Under the pieces are notes generated by a model. That model saw only the letters and a program-made list of their open reading frames with translations, was not told the origin of the DNA and did not search any database. Position numbers and translations under genes: made by a program. Shown here piece by piece: positions 27,757-37,349 of a stretch of DNA of 64,000 bases. The DNA lies in the IMG/VR virus record IMGVR_UViG_3300013005_000034, positions 1 through 64,000 of that record. One strand, 5' to 3'. The first letter of the stretch is position 1; the number at the start of each line of letters is the position of its first letter. This DNA comes from a virus.

Positions 27757-27774
27757 TAACTAAAAATAAACAAA

Positions 27775-28017
27775 ATGGAAAAAGATGAAATGAAGTGTTT
27801 AAGTTGCAATAAAGTAATTAAAGCACGAAACTTAAAAAGACATAGTAAGGTAAAACTACACTTGAAAAATGTAGAAAAGAAAGTTAATATTATGAAAGAG
27901 TATTCATACGAACAGGTTTGCTCACATACAGATAAGTATTTTGTGGGCGGAGTTTTTGGTGGGTATTGGTGTCCAAAATGTAATAGAAATGTAGATAGTG
28001 AAATTAAACAAGATTAA
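27775..28017 (+). CDS. Zn-finger protein
   Basis: CLSC...H..KLH and CPKC. Confidence 0.6.
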   Translation: MEKDEMKCLSCNKVIKARNLKRHSKVKLHLKNVEKKVNIMKEYSYEQVCSHTDKYFVGGVFGGYWCPKCNRNVDSEIKQD

Positions 28018-28039
28018 TAACAACTAAAAACAAATAAAA

Positions 28040-28297
28040 ATGGAAACTAAAAAACAATCAGCAGTAGAATTTGCAGTGGAACAATTAGAAAAATTTATCC
28101 CTGAAGGTAATCAAATAGCTATTGATGCTATTTTAGAAAAAGCCAAAGCAATGGAAAAACAACAAATTATGGGTCGAAAATATACAGAAAGACAACTTGA
28201 TGATGCTATTAGTTACGGTATAAATAATGGCAGAAAAGGTGATGTTACTATAACAGATATAGATAATTTTATCAACTCACTAAACAAACAAGACTAA
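28040..28297 (+). CDS. Chimeric KAKAMEKQQ / YTERQLD protein
   Basis: C-terminal half matches an internal segment of 1112..1825. Confidence 0.75.
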   Translation: METKKQSAVEFAVEQLEKFIPEGNQIAIDAILEKAKAMEKQQIMGRKYTERQLDDAISYGINNGRKGDVTITDIDNFINSLNKQD

Positions 28298-28346
28298 TAA
28301 CAACTAAAAACTAAAAACAAACAAGATTAATAAATAACAAAATAAC

Positions 28347-28595
28347 ATGAAAAACAACAAAAAACAAACAGAATGTCCTATGAATGAGAACGTATATGAA
28401 AATTGTGCAATAGGTAACAATTATAATGTAGATGGAACAAATTTTGAAATTCCTGAAGTATGGAATCCAACTTTTCAGTTAAGATGGAATAGAAAATTTA
28501 TTCGCCAAACTTATCTTAACACATTAGAGCAACTTTGGATTAATAGTAATACAGGTAGTGCAGAATGGAGAGATATACCACAAGTAGAAAATTAA
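28347..28595 (+). CDS. Hypothetical phage protein
   Basis: QLRW...LEQLW...EWRDIP. Confidence 0.65.
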   Translation: MKNNKKQTECPMNENVYENCAIGNNYNVDGTNFEIPEVWNPTFQLRWNRKFIRQTYLNTLEQLWINSNTGSAEWRDIPQVEN

Positions 28596-28611
28596 TTAAA
28601 AAATAAAAAAA

Positions 28612-28878
28612 ATGATTCAAAAATTTAGAAAAAAGCCAGTAGTAATTGAGGCAATTCAATTTACAAGACATAATTGGCAAGAAGTAAAACAGTTTACAAA
28701 TAATACAGCTCGTGATTTAGTAAATATGACAAAAATTGAAGATAATTGGACTTGTATTATTCCAACTCTTGAGGGTGAACATATAGCAACGGAGGGAGAT
28801 TGGATTATCAAAGGAGTTAATAATGAATTTTATCCCTGTAAACCTGATATTTTTGAAAAAACTTACGAATTAGCATAA
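28612..28878 (+). CDS. Conserved phage protein (PGDYG-like)
   Basis: KFRKKPVVIEAIQF...TLEG...GDWIIKG...YPCKPDIFEKTYE. Confidence 0.8.
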   Translation: MIQKFRKKPVVIEAIQFTRHNWQEVKQFTNNTARDLVNMTKIEDNWTCIIPTLEGEHIATEGDWIIKGVNNEFYPCKPDIFEKTYELA

Positions 28879-29129
28879 TACAAAAAATCAAACTAATAAG
28901 AATGGAAGATAAATTATTTGAAACCGACTACACAAAAGAATTTTACAAGATTGAAATTACTGTTTGTGAAAATGGAAATCTTTTTGGAGTAACGCAAATT
29001 GATAAAAACCATAAAATAACTTATGATTCAGTTATCGGAACTCTTGAAATTGTAAAAAACAATTATATCCAAAAACAAAGCGAGGAGAATAGAAAATTAT
29101 ATAATAAAACAAAAAAAGTAAAAAAATAA

Positions 29130-29504
29130 ATGGAGGCAGCAACAATTTGGACACCAAGCACAATAAAAGAGTGGCTGGAAGAAAGAATAGAATTTACAAA
29201 TACAATTTTAAATTTAGCAGAAGTGATAGACGACAACCAAAAGGCACAAATGGTTTCTGATTTTACTCTTGCTAATCAAAACTTTACTTATTGCTTAAAA
29301 CTATACGATGAAAGAAGTAATGATGAGAATTTACGTTTATTCAAAAATTTGGCATTAAAATTACTTTTTGATATTTCTTACGAATTTGATAAGCAAGAAA
29401 ATAAATGTGTTACTATTCATGGAATTACTTTTCCAACCAATGAAAAGTCAGATTCTTTACCGCAGAGATTTTGGGATAATCAAAAAAGTGGAGAGATGCT
29501 TTAA
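29130..29504 (+). CDS. Hypothetical protein
   Basis: ORF track. Confidence 0.65.
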   Translation: MEAATIWTPSTIKEWLEERIEFTNTILNLAEVIDDNQKAQMVSDFTLANQNFTYCLKLYDERSNDENLRLFKNLALKLLFDISYEFDKQENKCVTIHGITFPTNEKSDSLPQRFWDNQKSGEML

Positions 29505-29703
29505 GTAATATTTATAATCAAATTATTTCACTATAATAAAAAATAAAAAATGGAATTAAAAATTTTCAAAATCGTAATTTTTTTAGCGTTATTTATTTTC
29601 GCTATTAACTTATCAATTAAAATATTCAACACTTATGATGCTTGGCTTGGTATAGGTATGGGCATAGTGAGTTTTGGTTTTATAATTGTAATCATTAAGC
29701 AAA

Positions 29704-30231
29704 TTGGAAAACTATTTTAATATGAAAGAATTAATTACAATAGCCTTATTTTTATCAAGCATTATAGTTGGCGCACAAACTCCATTAGAAGATAGATACG
29801 ATGTGTTTGATAGCATTTCTAATGATGGAATTGAATTTATACCTAAATACGAAGGAGCATTTGTTGATTCTGAAAACAGGAGTGATACAATTGTTGTTTA
29901 TCCTTACATTTGTTACTATGAGTTTGAAGGATTTAAAATCGAAGGGATTTGGTTTCATTTTTTAAATAAGTTTGAGAAAGTTAAAAATGCTGATTTTGTT
30001 TTTGAAAAAGAAACAATCTCTTTACATACTTGCAAATCTCAAAATCAAACTAAATTTAATAAAAAATATATCATGTCAGCAAAAAGCAAGGTTAAGCCAA
30101 ATGCTTTTTTAACGCCATTATACATGATTAACTTTAATAGTAAAACTTATATTCCTGTAAATAATTGCGATGTCTATTTTATATATATGCTTAATGTAAT
30201 TGAAGATTTAAAGTCTAACTGGTTAAAATAG
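29704..30231 (+). CDS. Secreted hypothetical protein
   Basis: Signal-like MKELITIALFLSSIIVGAQ. Confidence 0.6.
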   Translation: MENYFNMKELITIALFLSSIIVGAQTPLEDRYDVFDSISNDGIEFIPKYEGAFVDSENRSDTIVVYPYICYYEFEGFKIEGIWFHFLNKFEKVKNADFVFEKETISLHTCKSQNQTKFNKKYIMSAKSKVKPNAFLTPLYMINFNSKTYIPVNNCDVYFIYMLNVIEDLKSNWLK

Positions 30232-30271
30232 GGAATTAAAAAACAAAAAAACAACTAAAAAACTAAAAAAA

Positions 30272-31156
30272 ATGACACTATTAAGCGAACAATTTAACGA
30301 AAAACCAACAGTAAACTATGATTTAAAAGTAAACTCTGTTGAAGTTTTTGAGGCAGACACAAGAGCAAACATTGACATTCAGGTTAGCACAGCAAAAAAA
30401 TACAAGAGGCATTTACCAACAGTTCTTGAAAATATATTATTTCTTGCAACCCAAGACAAAGAAACAGCAGAAAATTGTTTCTATGCTTTAAAAAGAGATG
30501 GCAAAGTAATTCGTGGAGCAAGTATAAGATTAGCCGAAATTATTTCTAATTGCTATGGTAATTTGAGAGCAAGTGCAAGAATTATTGCTAATGATGGAAA
30601 GTTAGTAACTGCACAAGGACTTTGCTGGGATTTAGAAAACAATGTAGCATATTCGGTAGAAGTTAGAAGAAAGATAACCAATAAAGATGGAAAACCTTTT
30701 AGTGAGGATATGCAAGTCGTTACATCAAATGCAGCTTGTGCTATTGCTATTCGTAATGCAGTATTCAAGTGTATTCCTTTAGCTTTAACCAGTAGAGTTC
30801 AGGATAAGATTAAGCAAGTAATGATGGGAGAGGAAAAAGATTTTTCTACTATTAGAAAAAATGCAGTTGATTATTTTGAAAAACAAGGAGTTGGTGTAAA
30901 AAATATACTTGCTTTATTTGAGAAAAAATCAGTAGAAGAACTAACGAGAGAAGATGTTTTTGATTTAAGAGGTATAGCAACAGCGATAAAAGATGGCGAT
31001 ACTACTATTGAACAAGCATTTTCAGTAGCTCCAAAATCAAATCCATTCGGTAAGGCATCAAAGATTTTATCTATTCCACAAGATGAAAAAGAAGAAGAAA
31101 TTTTAGTGGTAAAAGAAGAACAAGTTAAAATTGAATTAGATGATAATACCAAATGA
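30272..31156 (+). CDS. Phage DNA recombination/annealing-type protein (uncertain)
   Basis: RGASIRLAE..YGNL motif, acidic tail, position in the replication module. Confidence 0.5.
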   Translation: MTLLSEQFNEKPTVNYDLKVNSVEVFEADTRANIDIQVSTAKKYKRHLPTVLENILFLATQDKETAENCFYALKRDGKVIRGASIRLAEIISNCYGNLRASARIIANDGKLVTAQGLCWDLENNVAYSVEVRRKITNKDGKPFSEDMQVVTSNAACAIAIRNAVFKCIPLALTSRVQDKIKQVMMGEEKDFSTIRKNAVDYFEKQGVGVKNILALFEKKSVEELTREDVFDLRGIATAIKDGDTTIEQAFSVAPKSNPFGKASKILSIPQDEKEEEILVVKEEQVKIELDDNTK

Positions 31157-31353
31157 GGATTTTCTTTCTGAAAACAAATCTGAATATCAGGAATACGAAA
31201 AATTAAATGCTTATCAAAAGAAATGTTTGAGTGCAACAAACTATTGGCGAGTTATGAGTGGTTTAAAAGAAATTAAAGTTCCTGCCGAAGATGTTGATTA
31301 TTACAAATATTTTAACAGAAGTTGTTTTGATAAATACAATAAAAAGGTAAAGT

Positions 31354-31854
31354 ATGCCAAATTCGTTTGAAAAATACCTATCAATTGAAGATTTAGAACA
31401 TATTCGGGTAGTTAATTACATAAAAGACAAACTACCCGAAATTGTTGCATTTCATGTTCCCAATGAGGGAAAGAAGTCGCCTTTTGAACGCTATAAACAT
31501 AGTTTGATGGGCGCACTAAAAGGTTGCCCTGACTTTGCTTTTATGTTTCCTAAATACAAATCTTTAGATTCAAAAGAAATACTTTATCATGGATTTTTTA
31601 TTGAATTAAAAGCTCCCGAACATAGCAAAGTTGTTTTAAAAGGCAAAGATGCAGGTAAATTAGTTAAAAGAAAAGGTAAGTTAAGTCCTGAACAAAAGGA
31701 AGTTTTGGATAAACTGACTAATATAGGTTATTATTCGGTTTGTTGTTTTGGTTCGGAGGATGCTATAAAAGTAATCAATGAATACTTTGCTGAATATTTA
31801 GAGTTGAAAAAAAAATTAAGGTTAAAAGAAATTTTTAAAAATAAAATTGATTAA
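31354..31854 (+). CDS. VRR-NUC domain nuclease
   Basis: FHVPNEG, GCPD, IELK, LSPEQK. Confidence 0.8.
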   Translation: MPNSFEKYLSIEDLEHIRVVNYIKDKLPEIVAFHVPNEGKKSPFERYKHSLMGALKGCPDFAFMFPKYKSLDSKEILYHGFFIELKAPEHSKVVLKGKDAGKLVKRKGKLSPEQKEVLDKLTNIGYYSVCCFGSEDAIKVINEYFAEYLELKKKLRLKEIFKNKID

Positions 31855-31856
31855 TA

Positions 31857-32144
31857 TTGCTAAAAGTAAAAATGGAAATTTTTAGATTAAACCACGATGA
31901 AATTCCCGAAGAATATTTTGTAATTCGAGTAGATAATTCATACCAATACCTACATTTTGAAAATAATAGTTTCTTTTTTAAAGAAAGATTTCATGGCTGC
32001 TTTGTTACTTCAAATGAAATAGCTGATGAAATAATAAATCATATAAAAGATATTTCAGAAAGTAAACAGAAAATAAAAAAAGTGAAATTTAATAATGCTT
32101 ATAAAAAGCATGGTATTTTAGAGAAACAAGTTTTTTACAATTAA
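31857..32144 (+). CDS. Hypothetical protein
   Basis: ORF track. Confidence 0.55.
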   Translation: MLKVKMEIFRLNHDEIPEEYFVIRVDNSYQYLHFENNSFFFKERFHGCFVTSNEIADEIINHIKDISESKQKIKKVKFNNAYKKHGILEKQVFYN

Positions 32145-32156
32145 AATTTATTTAAA

Positions 32157-32867
32157 ATGATTAGAGTAACTAAACCCGAAAAGTGGAAAGATACTTTCTT
32201 TCTTAATCTGAAACCTATTGAAAAATTAGTTTTCATTTACATTTACGAAAACTGCGATGATGCAGGTTTTTTTGATATTAACTTTAGTAGAATGACAACT
32301 GATATAGGAATTGATAATAAAACTATATCTGAATCATTAAACAAGTTAGAGAAAACATACTTAACCAGTGTTGATGCTGATAGGATTTGGTTAAAGAAAT
32401 TTTTATTACACCAAAATAGATTACCATTAGATTTATCTTCGACAGAGGGTAACTTTATAAAGTTTCAAATTGAAAGTAATATCATTAAATTCAATAATCC
32501 AAAAGATTTTCAAGATATTCTAAATAACATTAAAAAGAAAACAACAAAAGTTAAATCAGAATTTATAAAACCATCTATTGAACAAGTTGTAGAAAGTTTT
32601 AGAGCAGGAGAATGGTCTTTTGTTCCTGAATATGAAATTGTTTCTATTTTTGATTATTACGAAAGTGTTGGTTGGAAAGTAGGAAAAAAACCTATGGCTG
32701 ATTGGAAAAAAGCATTTATAGGTTGTTTTAGGAGAGGTATGAGTAAAAATAAATACAAACAAAATGACAACAAGTCAGCACCAAGCAAAATGGATATGAT
32801 TATTAAAGGAAATGAAAAGATTAATGGATTTGACTTTAACACCTTATTACAAAAGGAAAAGCCCTAA
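32157..32867 (+). CDS. Phage replication initiator/replisome organiser
   Basis: N-terminal wHTH (WKDTFFLNL...ENCDDAG); C-terminal FDYYESVGWKVGKKPMADWK. Confidence 0.7.
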   Translation: MIRVTKPEKWKDTFFLNLKPIEKLVFIYIYENCDDAGFFDINFSRMTTDIGIDNKTISESLNKLEKTYLTSVDADRIWLKKFLLHQNRLPLDLSSTEGNFIKFQIESNIIKFNNPKDFQDILNNIKKKTTKVKSEFIKPSIEQVVESFRAGEWSFVPEYEIVSIFDYYESVGWKVGKKPMADWKKAFIGCFRRGMSKNKYKQNDNKSAPSKMDMIIKGNEKINGFDFNTLLQKEKP

Positions 32868-32930
32868 ATTAATAGGGCTAATCTGAATAAAAATACAAAC
32901 TAATTGAAACATGAAAATCGTTGCTAATTT

Positions 32931-33833
32931 ATGGAAAACAATCAAATAATCCAAACAGAAAACACAAATATTCAAATAAAAACTTTAGATAATACTTTAG
33001 TTTATGGAGATTTAACATTAAACGACATTAAGAATAGTTCAATTTCCAAAGCTAATAAGGAAATTATTATATCTAAATTTGGAGAAAAGCAAATAAAACA
33101 TTTAGACCCAAACTATGCAGGAGAGAAATTAAAAACTGCTATTAACCTTACAATATTTGAATCAGGATTTAAAGTAGATAATATTTCTGAACTTATACTA
33201 ATGATTATTAAAGATATATTTACAGATTTCAGTCATCTTACTATTTCGGAGTGTAGTATAGCTTTTAGGAATGGAGTAAGAGGTTTGTTAGGTGATTTTA
33301 TGGGTTTATCGGTTAGGACTTTTTACAATTGGTTAATTACATATAATGAAACAATAAAAGCCGAAGCGATAAAACAACTTCAATATATCAGAAAAGAAAA
33401 AGTAATAACCGATGAAGATAAAGAAAGAATAAAATGGGAATGGTTAAATACTTTTATTAAAGATTTTGAATTATATAAAAAAGAAGGAGTTATTGAGCAA
33501 TTAGATTTTAATAATGGTTTTTATGAATATTGCGTAAAAACTGGAATAGGATATTTGACTATTAAAGAAAAACTTGAAATTAAAGAGTTAGCTAAAAAAA
33601 GAATATTAAGTGCTAATAATGTTTTAAACGCAAAAAATTCAGATGAAAGGAAATCTTTTAAATCAATAGTAAGTTCGATAGCCAATAATACATATAATAA
33701 AACTGCTGAAATTCAAATTGTTTCAGAATCTAAAAGAATTGCTCTTAAAATAATTTACGATAAATTAATTGAAAAGGAAATTGATTTACGAAAAGCTGTA
33801 ATTGAATACGAAGAAAAAGAAAAGGCGAATTAA
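32931..33833 (+). CDS. Replication-associated protein (helicase-loader position)
   Basis: Follows the initiator; AFRNGVRG...SVRTFYNWL. Confidence 0.5.
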   Translation: MENNQIIQTENTNIQIKTLDNTLVYGDLTLNDIKNSSISKANKEIIISKFGEKQIKHLDPNYAGEKLKTAINLTIFESGFKVDNISELILMIIKDIFTDFSHLTISECSIAFRNGVRGLLGDFMGLSVRTFYNWLITYNETIKAEAIKQLQYIRKEKVITDEDKERIKWEWLNTFIKDFELYKKEGVIEQLDFNNGFYEYCVKTGIGYLTIKEKLEIKELAKKRILSANNVLNAKNSDERKSFKSIVSSIANNTYNKTAEIQIVSESKRIALKIIYDKLIEKEIDLRKAVIEYEEKEKAN

Positions 33834-33843
33834 TTTCGCCTTA
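33822..33843. terminator. Hairpin at the convergence of the two transcription blocks
   Basis: aaggcgaa-ttaat-ttcgcctt flanked by A/T runs. Confidence 0.6.
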
Positions 33844-34170
33844 TTTTTTTTTGTTACCTAATCCTTTCCAAAATTTGCACCAAGCATCGTAATCTACATC
33901 ACCTCTTACCCAAGAGCAAATACCTGCTTTTCTCAATGGCTGAACATAATAATATTTACAATTACCACAAAATACATTAGGGTATGGAGTTGGGTCTGCA
34001 TACTTTGAATCTTTTTTACTCATTTTGTAAGGTGGAGTTCCTTTGCCATCTCCTAACACAAACCATAAGAAAGGATTTTTGCTCATATATTCCTCTCCCA
34101 TTTTTCTGTAAGCATCCCAAGCTGTTTTAATCCATTCGGGAGCATTTTTTAAAGCATCTGTATAATCCAT
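33841..34170 (-). CDS. HiPIP-like four-cysteine protein
   Basis: Y...CGNCKYY...CSWVRGDVDYDAWCKFW matches HiPIP Cys spacing. Confidence 0.65.
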   Translation of the reverse strand: MDYTDALKNAPEWIKTAWDAYRKMGEEYMSKNPFLWFVLGDGKGTPPYKMSKKDSKYADPTPYPNVFCGNCKYYYVQPLRKAGICSWVRGDVDYDAWCKFWKGLGNKKK

Positions 34171-34171
34171 T

Positions 34172-34348
34172 TTACTTTATTTTACTTTTTTCTATTTCGT
34201 TTTTTAAATGTTTTCTTTGTTTCATTGTTAAATCAATCAAAAGCAAAGTTGATACAATTGTTAAAACAATAGATGCTATTGCTAAACCTCTTTCCCCTTT
34301 AAACCCTTGACCTGTATAATTTTGCATAGGACTTCTGTTAATTGTCAT
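34172..34348 (-). CDS. 58-aa single-TM protein (not in ORF track)
   Basis: MTINRSP...GLAIASIVLTIVSTLLLIDL. Confidence 0.6.
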   Translation of the reverse strand: MTINRSPMQNYTGQGFKGERGLAIASIVLTIVSTLLLIDLTMKQRKHLKNEIEKSKIK

Positions 34349-34365
34349 TTTATTTTCTATTAATG

Positions 34366-34767
34366 TTATTTGCTTTTTAATAAGTTGCTTAAAATTTCGT
34401 GCGCTTTATCATCAACAAGTTGTTTCCAATCTTCCTGACCTGTTTTTATTTGATTTCTTATATTGGTAGCAGAAATATTTGCTATTTCTCCGCTAACTTT
34501 AATTTCTTTTACTTCATATCCTACACCACGCCCATAATTTACAGAAGCTATATCAGGAATGATAATTACTTTAACTAATTCATTACCCTCATATATTTTT
34601 TCCCAAATACTTTTAACTTCTTCGGCTGTCAATGGATTACTTTCGTCTGTTGCTACATCACGAATAGCTATCATAATTGGCAAACCTTTGTTAAGGTATT
34701 CATTGAAAATTGTTTGGTGTCCTTTGTGTGGGCTTTGGTATCTACCAATAAATAAATTATATTTCAT
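34366..34767 (-). CDS. HxGH-class nucleotidyltransferase (cytidylyltransferase-like)
   Basis: FIGRYQSPHKGH and ISATNIR. Confidence 0.8.
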   Translation of the reverse strand: MKYNLFIGRYQSPHKGHQTIFNEYLNKGLPIMIAIRDVATDESNPLTAEEVKSIWEKIYEGNELVKVIIIPDIASVNYGRGVGYEVKEIKVSGEIANISATNIRNQIKTGQEDWKQLVDDKAHEILSNLLKSK

Positions 34768-34792
34768 AGTGTTTTAGTTTTTGTAAATATAA

Positions 34793-35458
34793 TTATTTTT
34801 TATTAATTACCTGACTACCAATATATCCTGCACCCAATCCTATTGCAAAATTAACCCACATCTTTTCATACCACTTCTTTTTTGGCTCATAAACATAACC
34901 ACTTATATTTGAAGTTACTATGTATGGATTTGAGTTATTTACATCAACAACTAATTTATTTTTTAATTTTAAAAACCCCTCTCTTTTTTCTCCAATAACA
35001 ATTTTTGATTCATTAGGTATTTTTAAACTATCTATTGTTAAACCAGTATTTGAAACTTTAGTATAAAATTGAAAATCTTTATTAATCTTATTTGCTGAAA
35101 ACGGTTTAAAGTCGCAAGGTATAATTCTATCAAACGGAACTACTATTTCTTTTATTATTGTAGTTTCCCTTAAAGTTACAGCACCATTTATAACTTTAAA
35201 TTGTTTTATCCAATCCATTAATGTATCATTTGTTGCAAGTAAAGTTCTCATTTGTTTTTGAGAATTTAATGATAACGCTCTATTTGTGTTTATTTCAAGA
35301 CCAAGTTTTGTTTTATAAACTTGCGCTTCTGTTTTATAATTTGAAATATCATCAATCAAATCATCTACCTTTTTTTGATTACAACCCTCTCTGAATAATA
35401 AAACTATAAGAATTATTATTATAAAAAAAGAATATATTTTATTTAAGTCAAATCTCAT
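34793..35458 (-). CDS. Membrane-anchored coiled-coil protein, spanin-like
   Basis: N-terminal TM, KKKWYEK plus hydrophobic C-terminus, adjacent to lysis genes. Confidence 0.5.
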   Translation of the reverse strand: MRFDLNKIYSFFIIIILIVLLFREGCNQKKVDDLIDDISNYKTEAQVYKTKLGLEINTNRALSLNSQKQMRTLLATNDTLMDWIKQFKVINGAVTLRETTIIKEIVVPFDRIIPCDFKPFSANKINKDFQFYTKVSNTGLTIDSLKIPNESKIVIGEKREGFLKLKNKLVVDVNNSNPYIVTSNISGYVYEPKKKWYEKMWVNFAIGLGAGYIGSQVINKK

Positions 35459-35459
35459 T

Positions 35460-35777
35460 TCAATTATTTTTAACTCTACTTGCGTACATATTCATTAATG
35501 ACTTGAACAAACTTTGAGTTTGATAACCTGCTAAAACGGCAGTAGCTTTATTGATAGGGAATATGTCTTTTAAACTGCTATCTGTTAATACAACTAAAAT
35601 AACAGGTATCATAATTAAACTTGCAACTATTGTATATATGTTCTTTTTAACATGACTTTTTAGTTTAAAGTCGGGAGTTTGATTTAAGTCAGCAACCTTT
35701 AATAGAATGTGAATAGCCATTCCTGCGTAAGCAAGTAACCAATGTATTAAATCTATTCCTAAAAAAATTTTGTCCAT
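35460..35777 (-). CDS. Putative holin
   Basis: 105 aa, 2-3 TM segments, next to the endolysin. Confidence 0.55.
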   Translation of the reverse strand: MDKIFLGIDLIHWLLAYAGMAIHILLKVADLNQTPDFKLKSHVKKNIYTIVASLIMIPVILVVLTDSSLKDIFPINKATAVLAGYQTQSLFKSLMNMYASRVKNN

Positions 35778-35782
35778 TTTGT

Positions 35783-36019
35783 TTATTTGTTTTGTTTTAT
35801 AATATAAGGGGGATATATTCTAACTATACCACCATCACTATTTTTATAACATAAAGTATCACTATCAAAACTTATACTATCCGTATTCCAAATAGCATAT
35901 TTCAAACCAACTTTTGTATCAACCCAACCTGAAATTTGATATTTATAATCTCCTTCTTTACAAAAGTTTAATGTCAAAGTTAAAAAACAAAGCGTTAGTA
36001 TTTTAATTAAATTATACAC
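35783..36019 (-). CDS. Small putative lipoprotein
   Basis: Signal peptide ending LNFC. Confidence 0.5.
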   Translation of the reverse strand: MYNLIKILTLCFLTLTLNFCKEGDYKYQISGWVDTKVGLKYAIWNTDSISFDSDTLCYKNSDGGIVRIYPPYIIKQNK

Positions 36020-36031
36020 TTCAAGATATTA

Positions 36032-37349
36032 GTGAACTACCCACCCACGCCACAGGCGATGGGATGGGCTTCAAGGGTTAACGCTCCAACTAACGTTGGC
36101 AACTTACCTTGATTTTTCCTATCCGTTCCAGATAAGATATTTTTTAATGCAAATGATTTAATATTTATGGCAGCATTCAAATCCCTCGAAACTACTTCAC
36201 CGCACTTCGGACAAGTCCATTCTCTATCTTTTAGAGTTAGGTCTTTGTTTGTGTATCCACAGTTTGCGTGTAGTTTGCTTGATGGCTCAAATCTGCCAAT
36301 TTTTAGAATGTTTTTACCGTGCCATTCTGCTTTGTATTCTAACATAGTTACAAAAGTTGACCACCCTGCATCACTTATTGATTGTGCAAGTTTGTGGTTC
36401 TTTACCATATTAGAAACTGCTAAATCTTCTATTGCTAAACTATCGTGGTTCTTGATTAGTTCGCTTGAAGTTTTATGTAAGAAGTCTTTTCTTTGGTTAG
36501 CTACTTTTTCGTGTAGTATAGCCAACTTATGTTTTGTTCTTTTTCCTTTGTGCTTTGAGTATTTTCGTTGCACATACTTTAATTTACTTTGTGCTTTACG
36601 AACGAATTTAGGATTATCAAATTCCTGTCCATCAGATGCAACAAGGTATGTTTTAATTCCTAAATCTATTCCAACGGTTGTGCTTTCTTTAATCGGTGCT
36701 TTTGGTTTAATTGCTTCACCAGTTTCACAAAGTATAGAAACAAAATATTTACCTGTTGGAGTTCTGCTAATTGTGGCTTGCCTTATTTCTCCTTTGATTT
36801 GTCGGTGCAGAACAATATCAATTCCTTTTTTAAATTTAGGAATAACAAGTTTACCATCTTCTAAAGATACATTTTGTGGTATATTGAAACTACCACCGTT
36901 TGATTTCTTTTTAAAATTAGGGAAACTGTTTTGTCCTTTAAAAAAAGCTGTATATGCTTTGTCTAAGTTAGTAATTGATTGTTGTAAGGATTGGCTGTTT
37001 ATTTCTTTAAGCCATTCACATTCAGTTTTAAGGTCTTTTAATTGGCTATGTAAGGCAAAGCAACTTAAATTAACTTTATTTCCAGCCCAAGCCATCTGTT
37101 TACATTCTAAGGCTAAATTAAACACAAAACGACTTGCTCCAATATGCTTATTCAGCAAAATGGATTGTTCCTTTGTAGGAGATAAACGATATTTAAAAGC
37201 CTTTAGCATCAATTATAAATATGTACAAATATACAAAAGTTTAAAGAAACAACAACATTTATTTAAAATAATTATCAACATTTAATAGATAAGGTCGCTT
37301 TCATCCCACCCACGCTAAAAAGCGATGAGTGGGCTTTTGCTCCCATTCT
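36032..37349 (-). mobile_element. Non-autonomous IS200/IS605-family element (tnpB only)
   Basis: Inserted 3' of TTAC; left-end guide AAAG plus hairpin, right-end guide GAAG plus hairpin, ends TCAC; no target duplication. Confidence 0.85.
36037..37212 (-). CDS. tnpB: RNA-guided endonuclease TnpB
   Basis: KAFKYRL HTH; RuvC residues in GIDLG, IEDL and RDLNAAINI; Zn ribbon CPKCG. Confidence 0.95.
   Translation of the reverse strand: MMLKAFKYRLSPTKEQSILLNKHIGASRFVFNLALECKQMAWAGNKVNLSCFALHSQLKDLKTECEWLKEINSQSLQQSITNLDKAYTAFFKGQNSFPNFKKKSNGGSFNIPQNVSLEDGKLVIPKFKKGIDIVLHRQIKGEIRQATISRTPTGKYFVSILCETGEAIKPKAPIKESTTVGIDLGIKTYLVASDGQEFDNPKFVRKAQSKLKYVQRKYSKHKGKRTKHKLAILHEKVANQRKDFLHKTSSELIKNHDSLAIEDLAVSNMVKNHKLAQSISDAGWSTFVTMLEYKAEWHGKNILKIGRFEPSSKLHANCGYTNKDLTLKDREWTCPKCGEVVSRDLNAAINIKSFALKNILSGTDRKNQGKLPTLVGALTLEAHPIACGVGG

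Noticed and set aside
589-32842. Short - strand ORFs in the left half (e.g. 589, 1504, 4211, 16373, 30871)
   Set aside because: Antisense shadows of the uniformly + strand gene block
36167-37285. 372-aa + strand ORF
   Set aside because: Antisense shadow of tnpB with no recognisable motifs
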